NCBI GenBank assembly: GCA_037975615.1
Contig: JBANGE010000148.1
Span: 20,483-84,482 of the forward strand
Source: Verrucomicrobiota bacterium
Lineage (GTDB): Bacteria; Verrucomicrobiota; Verrucomicrobiia; Chthoniobacterales; Chthoniobacteraceae
Direction of reading: 5' to 3'
DNA length: 64,000 nucleotides
Position numbers and translations under genes: made by a program. The stretch's first letter is position 1. The number at the start of each line of letters is the position of its first letter. Under the pieces are notes generated by a model. That model had not been told where the DNA came from. It ran no database searches and saw nothing but the letters and a program-made list of their open reading frames with translations. Positions 37,817 through 44,478 of this stretch are shown here, one piece after another.

Positions 37817-37877
37817 AAAACTCAGTCGGTTCTTCAGAGCCCGTTACACCCGAAGGCTAAGCTTCGGCGCTCGGCTA

Positions 37878-39746
37878 TCAGCAGCACTTCCCGCTGCTTT
37901 TGAAAAGCAACCGCAGGCTGTTCATCACGACGATGACGGTGCTGCCTTCGTGGGCGGTGACGCCAAGTGCGAGCGGGATGGGCAGGCCGGAGATGGTCGC
38001 GATCGACATGATGATGATGACGCCGAGCGAGAGGATCATGTTTTGTTTGATGATGCGGCGGGCACGGCAACTGAGCGTTCGAGCGATGAGGAAGCTTTCG
38101 AGCTTGTCGTTCATCAGCACGACCTCGGCTTGCTCGATGGCGGCGTCGGAGCCGCGCGCGCCCATGGCGATGCCGACGTCCGCGGCGGCGAGCACGGGGG
38201 CGTCGTTCACGCCGTCGCCAATCATCGCCACGACTGCGCCGCCCGCTTTGATGCGCTGGATGGCGGCGACTTTGTCGTCGGGTTTGAGCTGACTGAGGAC
38301 TTCGCCGACGCCGGTCTGGCGTCCCATTTCCATGGCAGCACCGCTTTTGTCGCCGGTGAGCATGGTGGTCTTAATGCCCGCAGCGTGGAGTTGCGCGATG
38401 AGGTCGCGCGCTTCGGGGCGGAGACGGTCGCGCAGAAGGATGCGGCCGGCCATGCCAGTGGAGATGAGCCACACTTCGCTGGCGTCACGCGGCGGCGGGA
38501 GAAGCGGATGGCCGGGGCGCATGGTGAGCGCGAGTTCGCGGTTGCCGAGGACGACGGGCTGACCGCGCCAGGTCGCACGCACGCCCTGTCCGGCGACGGT
38601 CTCGGAATCACCGGGCGCTTCGACCGGGATGCCGCGCTTTGCCGCATCGCGGGCGAGCGAGCGGGACATGGGGTGATTGGAAAGGCGCGCGATGTTTCCC
38701 GCTGCGGCAAGGATTTCGGCCTCGGTGCCCTCGATGACTTCGACGCCGATGACGTGGAGGTTGCCCTCGGTGAGCGTGCCGGTTTTGTCCATCGCGACGG
38801 CGGTGACTCCGGCGAGCGTCTCGATGGCCGCGCCGCCGCGGAAGAGGATGCCGTTCTTCGCGCCAAACGCGATGGCGGAGAGAATCGCGGACGGCACGGA
38901 CAGCACGATGGCGCACGGCGACATGACGACGAGGAGCGTCATCGCGCGGTAAAATGCGCTGTGATTTCCCTCGAAAGGGGAACGATTGAATCCGAGCCAC
39001 CAAACGAGAAACATGAGCCCGCACAGCGAAACGACGAGCGCGGTGTAGCGCGTGCCGAATCGGTCGGTGAACCGCTGCGACGGAGGCTTGAGGTGCTGCG
39101 CGCCTTCGATGAGCCGGATGATGCGCTGGAGAGCGCTGTCCTCCGCCGCCCGCAGGACGCGGCCCTCGAAAACGCCGTGCAAATTCAGCGTACCGGCGAG
39201 CGCGGTTTCGCCGGTGGTTTTCGTGACCGGTTCGGCCTCGCCGGTGAGCATGCTTTCGTCGCACGCGCTTTCGCCGCGCTCGATGAGGATGTCCACGGGC
39301 ACCTGTTCGTTGGCCGTGACGCGCACATGCTGGCCCGGCTGCAAATCTGCAACGGCGACTTCGCGCTCGACGCCGCCTTCGAGCAGGCGGGCGGTTTTCG
39401 GCGCGTGCTTGAGCAGGCTGTTGATCTCGCGGTTGGTGCGGCCATAGGCGAAGCGCTCCATCGCTCCCGACGCAGAGAAAAGGAACATGAGAATCGCGCC
39501 TTCATCCGGCTCGCCAATGACCGCCGCGCCGACGGCGACGAGGAACATCAGAAAGTCCGTGCCGAATTCGCCTTCGCGCATGCCCTCCCACACTTTCTTC
39601 GCGAGGTCCCATCCGCCGAAGAGATACGCGACAGCAAACGCCCACTGCGAATGCATGCCCCATCCGATGAGCGTGAAAACCAGACACAGCGCAGAACGCA
39701 CGGCCATTGGCTTCCATCCGGTTTCGGCAGATTCGGCTTCGGTCAT
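37878..39746 (-). CDS. Heavy-metal P-type ATPase, P1B-4-like (no N-terminal metal-binding domain, SPC motif)
   Basis: Motifs TGEAEPV, SPC in a TM helix (VVMSPCAIVLSVP), DKTGTLTEG, GDGVNDAP and HEGSTVIVVMNSLRLL. The short 622-aa length fits the six-TM P1B-4 (Co/Fe/Zn-type) architecture. Confidence 0.88.
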   Translation of the reverse strand: MTEAESAETGWKPMAVRSALCLVFTLIGWGMHSQWAFAVAYLFGGWDLAKKVWEGMREGEFGTDFLMFLVAVGAAVIGEPDEGAILMFLFSASGAMERFAYGRTNREINSLLKHAPKTARLLEGGVEREVAVADLQPGQHVRVTANEQVPVDILIERGESACDESMLTGEAEPVTKTTGETALAGTLNLHGVFEGRVLRAAEDSALQRIIRLIEGAQHLKPPSQRFTDRFGTRYTALVVSLCGLMFLVWWLGFNRSPFEGNHSAFYRAMTLLVVMSPCAIVLSVPSAILSAIAFGAKNGILFRGGAAIETLAGVTAVAMDKTGTLTEGNLHVIGVEVIEGTEAEILAAAGNIARLSNHPMSRSLARDAAKRGIPVEAPGDSETVAGQGVRATWRGQPVVLGNRELALTMRPGHPLLPPPRDASEVWLISTGMAGRILLRDRLRPEARDLIAQLHAAGIKTTMLTGDKSGAAMEMGRQTGVGEVLSQLKPDDKVAAIQRIKAGGAVVAMIGDGVNDAPVLAAADVGIAMGARGSDAAIEQAEVVLMNDKLESFLIARTLSCRARRIIKQNMILSLGVIIIMSIATISGLPIPLALGVTAHEGSTVIVVMNSLRLLFKSSGKCC

Positions 39747-39785
39747 ATTAGAAATCTACGCCGAAGGTATCGCGGCGGGTGCGGC

Positions 39786-40727
39786 TTACGCCAGCGGGGA
39801 AATGCGCGCGACAAGTTCCGCTGCAACTCTGCCAATCTCAGAGACATGCCCTTCCGCAGTCCCCTCGCCCGGCGGACGGCCTTCCGCACCGAATAAAATT
39901 CCCCGCATTGCGATGCGGTCGCCATTCAGCTCCGTGCTCACACCGACCGGCAGCGAGCAATCGCCAGAAAGAAGCCGCTGCACTTCGCGCTCGGCGCGGA
40001 TGGCGATCATAGTGGGCTCATGATTGATTTGTGCGAGCACCTCACGGACTTCCGCACGATCCGCCCTCGCCTGCAAAGCAACCGCACCCTGACCAATAGC
40101 CGGGAGCAGTTTTCCAAGCAGCGAAGTGGCGCAAAACTCCCCGCTTTCGCAGACCAGCTTGCCGGTGGAAAAATCGAGAGCGTAATGCAAACGGCGGAGT
40201 CCCGCTTCGGCGAGGACGATCGCGGAAACATCGGCATTCTCGCCAAACTTGCGCAACCGAGTCGGGACGTTTCCGCGCCATTCCTCGATCTTCAAATCGG
40301 GACGCAACCACGCCAACTGCCGCGCCCTGCGGATGCTGCTCGTGCCCACGCGAGCACCCTGCGGCAGCGCGTCGAGTCCGCCGGGCAGCTTGGAAACAAG
40401 CACATCGCCTACGGGAGCGCGCTCGAGCACGGCGACGAGTTCGAGTCCCTCGGGATTGTTGCCCGGGAGATCCTTCAGACTGTGAATCGCGACATCGATG
40501 GAGCCGCTGAGCAGCGCCTCTTCGAGCTCCTTCGTGAATAATCCCTTTCCTCCCGCCTCACCGGCGCGCAGGAGATTGAGGTCGAGCTTCTGATCGCCGC
40601 GCGTCACGAAAATCTCGCGTCGTGTTTCCAAGCCCGGGCATTTCGCTGCGAGCGCAGCCTCGGTCAGCTCAATCTGGGCAACCGCAAGCGCGGAGCCGCG
40701 TGAGCCGAGCACGATTTGTTTCATCAT
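39786..40727 (-). CDS. hemC: Hydroxymethylbilane synthase (porphobilinogen deaminase)
   Basis: Start set at MMKQIVLGSRGSALAVAQ (cat 40725-40727). Shows TRGDQKLD, GLFTKELE, GTSSIRR and RGNVPTRL, and a C-terminal cofactor-cysteine region LSGDCSLPVG. Confidence 0.9.
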   Translation of the reverse strand: MMKQIVLGSRGSALAVAQIELTEAALAAKCPGLETRREIFVTRGDQKLDLNLLRAGEAGGKGLFTKELEEALLSGSIDVAIHSLKDLPGNNPEGLELVAVLERAPVGDVLVSKLPGGLDALPQGARVGTSSIRRARQLAWLRPDLKIEEWRGNVPTRLRKFGENADVSAIVLAEAGLRRLHYALDFSTGKLVCESGEFCATSLLGKLLPAIGQGAVALQARADRAEVREVLAQINHEPTMIAIRAEREVQRLLSGDCSLPVGVSTELNGDRIAMRGILFGAEGRPPGEGTAEGHVSEIGRVAAELVARISPLA

Positions 40728-40759
40728 CGGAATTGGAGACGCTGAACGCGCCCGGGAAA

Positions 40760-42517
40760 TCACAGAAGGTCCGTCACCGCGCCCTGGCTGGCGCTCTTCA
40801 CGGTGGCTGCGTACTTCGCGAGCACGCCGCGGGTGTACTTCGACGCAGGCTTTTTCCACTTCTTCAGCCGCGCGTCGATTTCGGTCTTCGAAACCCCGAG
40901 ATCGATGGTGCGCTTCGATGCATCGATGGTGATCGCGTCGCCATTCTTAACGATGGCGAGCGGTCCGCCAAGCGCCGCTTCCGGCGTGATGTGACCGACA
41001 ACAAACCCGTGCGAACCGCCACTGAAGCGTCCGTCTGTAATCAACGCGACATCCTTGCCGAGGCCCTTGCCCATTACCGCGCTGGTCGGCGAAAGCATCT
41101 CGCGCATTCCCGGACCACCAACCGGTCCTTCGTGGCGGATGACGATGACATGCCCCTTCTTCACGTCGCCCGCGAGGATTGCCTTGAGTGCATCCTGCTC
41201 GTTTTCAAAAACTATCGCCTTGCCGGAGAAGCTGAGTCCTTCCTTGCCGGAAATCTTCGCAACAGCGCCGCCGGGGGCGAGGTTGCCGTAGAGCACGACA
41301 AGGTGGCTGTCCTTTTTGATCGGGTTGCTCATCGGGCGGATGATTTCCTGCCCCTTCGGATATGGTTTCACGCGCTTGAGGTTTTCCTTCAGCGTCTTGC
41401 CGGTGACGGTCATGCAATCGCCGTGCAACAGACCTTCCTCGAGCATCATCTTCATGAGCGGAGTCTGGCCGCCGATGGCGACGAGTTCCGACATGAGGAA
41501 ACGTCCGCTCGGTTTCAAATCCGCGAGCACCGGAACCTTCCTGCCGATCTTCGTGAAATCATCGAGCTCGAGCTTCACGTTTGCGGCGTGAGCCATGGCG
41601 ATGAGATGAAGGACGGCATTTGTCGAACCACCGAGCGCGATTACGACGGCAATCGCGTTTTCAAACGCCTCGCGGGAGAGGATGTCGCTCGGACGCAGAC
41701 CGCGTTTGATCATTTCGACGACGGCGACGCCGGCAGCGCGGGCGTCCATCGCCTTCTCACGCGATACGGCGTTTTGCGCGGAACTGTTCGGAAGCGACAT
41801 GCCGAGCGCTTCGATCGCGCTGGCCATCGTGTTTGCGGTGTACATTCCGCCGCAGGATCCGGCGCCGGGAATCGCGTGCTCCTCGATAAGCGCGAGCTCG
41901 CGTTCGTCGATCTGACCGCCGGCATGTTTGCCGACCGCCTCGAAGCACGAGACGATATCGAGCGGCTTCTCCGCGAGTAACGAGGCGCGCTCTTTGTTCA
42001 GACGCTTCTCGGCGAGAATGCCGTTGATGCAGCCGGGCAAAATCGTTCCGCCATAAACGAACACCGCCGGACGATCCAGACGCGCCATCGCAATAAGGCA
42101 GCCGGGCATATTCTTGTCGCAACCGCCGATTGCCACAAGGCCGTCGAGCATTTCGCACCCCATCACCGTCTCAATGCTGTCCGCGATGACCTCACGGGAA
42201 ACGAGCGAGTATTTCATTCCTTCGCTGCCCATCGAGATGCCGTCGGAAATCGTGATGGTGCCGAAGATGATTCCTTTTCCACCACCTGCGCCGACACCGG
42301 CCTCGGCTTCGCGGGCGAGTTTGTCGATGTGCATATTGCAAGGCGTTACCATGCTCCACGTGCTGGCGATGCCGACTTGGGACTTCTTGAAGTCCTCGCG
42401 TGCAAACCCAACGGCGTGCAGCATGGCGCGGCTCGCGGCGCGTTCGGGGCCGTCAGTAACCTGACGTGACCAATGGCGGTGAAGACTTCCCGGGTGTTTG
42501 CTCGGCTCTCTGCTCAT
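40760..42517 (-). CDS. ilvD: Dihydroxy-acid dehydratase
   Basis: Shows RAMLHAVGF..EDFKKSQVGIASTW...TPCNMH, GGCDKNMPG, the Fe-S ligand region GSCGGMYTANTM, and TDGRFSGGSHGFVVGHITPEA. Confidence 0.95.
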   Translation of the reverse strand: MSREPSKHPGSLHRHWSRQVTDGPERAASRAMLHAVGFAREDFKKSQVGIASTWSMVTPCNMHIDKLAREAEAGVGAGGGKGIIFGTITISDGISMGSEGMKYSLVSREVIADSIETVMGCEMLDGLVAIGGCDKNMPGCLIAMARLDRPAVFVYGGTILPGCINGILAEKRLNKERASLLAEKPLDIVSCFEAVGKHAGGQIDERELALIEEHAIPGAGSCGGMYTANTMASAIEALGMSLPNSSAQNAVSREKAMDARAAGVAVVEMIKRGLRPSDILSREAFENAIAVVIALGGSTNAVLHLIAMAHAANVKLELDDFTKIGRKVPVLADLKPSGRFLMSELVAIGGQTPLMKMMLEEGLLHGDCMTVTGKTLKENLKRVKPYPKGQEIIRPMSNPIKKDSHLVVLYGNLAPGGAVAKISGKEGLSFSGKAIVFENEQDALKAILAGDVKKGHVIVIRHEGPVGGPGMREMLSPTSAVMGKGLGKDVALITDGRFSGGSHGFVVGHITPEAALGGPLAIVKNGDAITIDASKRTIDLGVSKTEIDARLKKWKKPASKYTRGVLAKYAATVKSASQGAVTDLL

Positions 42518-42682
42518 AGTAAAAGGGCGCGGACCCTAGCGGCGTCGCTGCAGGATGGCAAGGACGGCTTGCTCTGCGGATGCAATCGCGAAAATTCCGC
42601 AACAATCGAATCTGGCAGCGACGAGGGATTTCACGCAATTCGGACTTGCGAGTTCCTGTAATTCGCACGAAAATCGTCCCGC

Positions 42683-42931
42683 ATGAAGAAGATGCTTATT
42701 CTCCTCTCTCCGGTCGTTCTCTTTACGGGTTGCGACACCACCACGATGCAACAAATGCCGCGCGATCCTTATGTGGGACGTAAAATTGAGAAAATGGATG
42801 GCGGCCAGCCGACAGACGTGAATCACCCGAACCTGGACCCGAGTCGCGACGATCGCTACTACCGAGGCTACCGTGGTTACCGGTATGATGGATACGATTC
42901 CCCGTATTATCGCGGCCGCCGTTACTACTAA
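42683..42931 (+). CDS. Small lipoprotein, Y/R/D-rich tail (hypothetical)
   Basis: MKKMLILLSPVVLFTGC lipobox. 82 aa. The C-terminal YYRGYRGYRYDGYDSPYYRGRRYY is low complexity. Confidence 0.55.
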   Translation: MKKMLILLSPVVLFTGCDTTTMQQMPRDPYVGRKIEKMDGGQPTDVNHPNLDPSRDDRYYRGYRGYRYDGYDSPYYRGRRYY

Positions 42932-42963
42932 ACCGAAACAGGCAGAAATTTTCTAAATACACT

Positions 42964-43233
42964 ATGAACAAAAACCTGATCATCCTCAGTGCCATCGCAG
43001 CAGCCGGGTTCTCCGGATGCGCTTCATTCCAAACCGCAGCCGTCGCCGACTACAATCGCGATGGCGTCGTTTCGGACGCCGAATATCGCCAATACCAGAA
43101 GCAGAAGAGCGTCGAAGCCAGCAACGTGAGCGTCGAGCGCATGAAGCGCGAGAACGCTGTCGACACCGTGCGCGACGTGAACGACACGCTCTGGAACGTT
43201 CACGGCATCCGAAACGCAATCCGCGCGTTCTAG
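42964..43233 (+). CDS. Small lipoprotein with a single EF-hand-type Ca loop (hypothetical)
   Basis: MNKNLIILSAIAAAGFSGC lipobox. DYNRDGVVSDAE fits the 12-residue EF-hand loop consensus (D1, N3, D5, G6, V8, E12). Confidence 0.55.
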   Translation: MNKNLIILSAIAAAGFSGCASFQTAAVADYNRDGVVSDAEYRQYQKQKSVEASNVSVERMKRENAVDTVRDVNDTLWNVHGIRNAIRAF

Positions 43234-43263
43234 CCAACGACGATCCGCGAAAACCATTCGCAT

Positions 43264-43301
43264 AAAAAAGCCCGTCAGCCTTCCGGCTGACGGGCTTTTT
43301 T
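43264..43301. terminator. Bidirectional rho-independent terminator
   Basis: aaaaaa-gcccgtcagcc-ttcc-ggctgacgggc-tttttt. It lies between the convergent lipoprotein gene (+) and the PA14/PEP-CTERM gene (-). Confidence 0.85.
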
Positions 43302-43324
43302 GCGTTTCGTCGTGAGACAAAAAA

Positions 43325-43990
43325 TCAAATCGCAAACTTCCTGCGAAAACCCGCCAAAGCACTGAGTGCCAGACCAAGCAACGCCACACCGGAGCCACCA
43401 TCCGGAACGGTGCTAGTCGACGTCGGCCCTCCGATCTGACCCACGTGGCCAAACGGCCCGGCACCCTGCTGCACGGCAAACTCCAGCGAAGCCTCGCCAC
43501 CACCTTCGAAGAAGATCAAATCGAGCGAGTACGTCCCCGGAGTAAGAAAGATACTGCCGAGCAATTGAGTCTCCGGATGGTAAGAGTTGTCAGAAATCAC
43601 AGTCGTCCCACCAATGCGCAGCCGCACGCCATCGTCGGCAAAAGTCCGGAAGGTGTAAGTATCCGCCGTGGAAATGCTCACCGTCCCCGACACACGCGCA
43701 CCGAAGTTCGTGTTGAGCGGATGCCCGGTCCCCAGATTCAACCCGCCTGCAGACGGCCAGAAGACACTCCCCGGAATAAGTCCGGCGAAGCCCGCCGGGT
43801 CATCGGTGAAATCGATAATGTTGTAAACGCCGGAGTAATCCGCCGGGCGGCTGGCGATCGCCGCATCCACGCCCGCGAGACCGGAATTTCCCGCTCCCAT
43901 CCATTGCTCAACGAGCAGCGCGGCGTTTGAAGTCGAGGGCAGCAAGGCCCCGGCGAGTGCGATAGCGGATAAGAGTGCGGTCTTTTTCAT
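43325..43990 (-). CDS. PA14-domain protein with PEP-CTERM sorting signal
   Basis: Start set at MKKTALLSAIALAGALLPSTSNA (cat 43988-43990). PA14-like FGARVSGTVSISTADTYTFRTFADDGVRLRIGG...LTPGTYSLDLIFFEGGGEASL. C-terminal VPDGGSGVALLGLALSALAGFRRKF is the PEP-CTERM pattern. Confidence 0.8.
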   Translation of the reverse strand: MKKTALLSAIALAGALLPSTSNAALLVEQWMGAGNSGLAGVDAAIASRPADYSGVYNIIDFTDDPAGFAGLIPGSVFWPSAGGLNLGTGHPLNTNFGARVSGTVSISTADTYTFRTFADDGVRLRIGGTTVISDNSYHPETQLLGSIFLTPGTYSLDLIFFEGGGEASLEFAVQQGAGPFGHVGQIGGPTSTSTVPDGGSGVALLGLALSALAGFRRKFAI

Positions 43991-44478
43991 TTTAACAGCG
44001 GATTCGGGTATGATTGGCAGATGGGTGAGTATTGACGTCGTAGAGTCTGCCTTACGGCAAAAGCAACTCACATGCCAACTTTCAATTTCTACATCAAAAC
44101 CCTGATTCTACAGAGAAAACTATTTTCAGCCACCATGACAACGGATACCCCGAGCGCTCGGAATCGTAAGATTTTCCGACAGATTCAACGGAGATTCCGG
44201 GCAATCAGGCGGGCTTTTTAGGGCTGGCCAGCCGTCCGGTTTCGCCCCCGGAACCGGACGGATTGAACCCGGATGCGAGGAAACGGGAAACTGATGGCAC
44301 CGAATCGGTTGCGAGCGCCAGATTCAAATCAGAGAGCGCGACGGAATTGGGACTTGCAGAACGGGATGCGCAATACGATGAAGAGCCCCAGAAAAAAGCG
44401 CCAATTTGCCAAGTTCTTTTGCACACCGCCTGCTAGAGAGAACAGGCCGCGACAGGCGCGAAGCGCCGAACCCGAATC

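Noticed and set aside
36752-37877. Lower-GC islet as a mobile element or prophage remnant
   Set aside because: There is no integrase, transposase, tRNA target or convincing terminal repeats; only a 7-nt aaaactc is shared by both flanks. It is kept as a compositional anomaly in the findings, not called a mobile element.
42518-42682. Possible riboswitch or leader upstream of ilvD
   Set aside because: I saw no recognisable riboswitch core or attenuator peptide with a terminator/antiterminator arrangement by eye. This would need an Infernal/Rfam scan.
44294-44311. TGGCAC...TTGC as a sigma-54 promoter upstream of the kinase gene. Also TGGCACG at ~50175 and GG/GC pairs near 49840 and 52840.
   Set aside because: The spacing between the GG and GC dinucleotides is 13 nt (or 11 or 9 at the other sites) instead of the canonical 10, or the flanking consensus is poor. 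I found no convincing -24/-12 promoter by eye.
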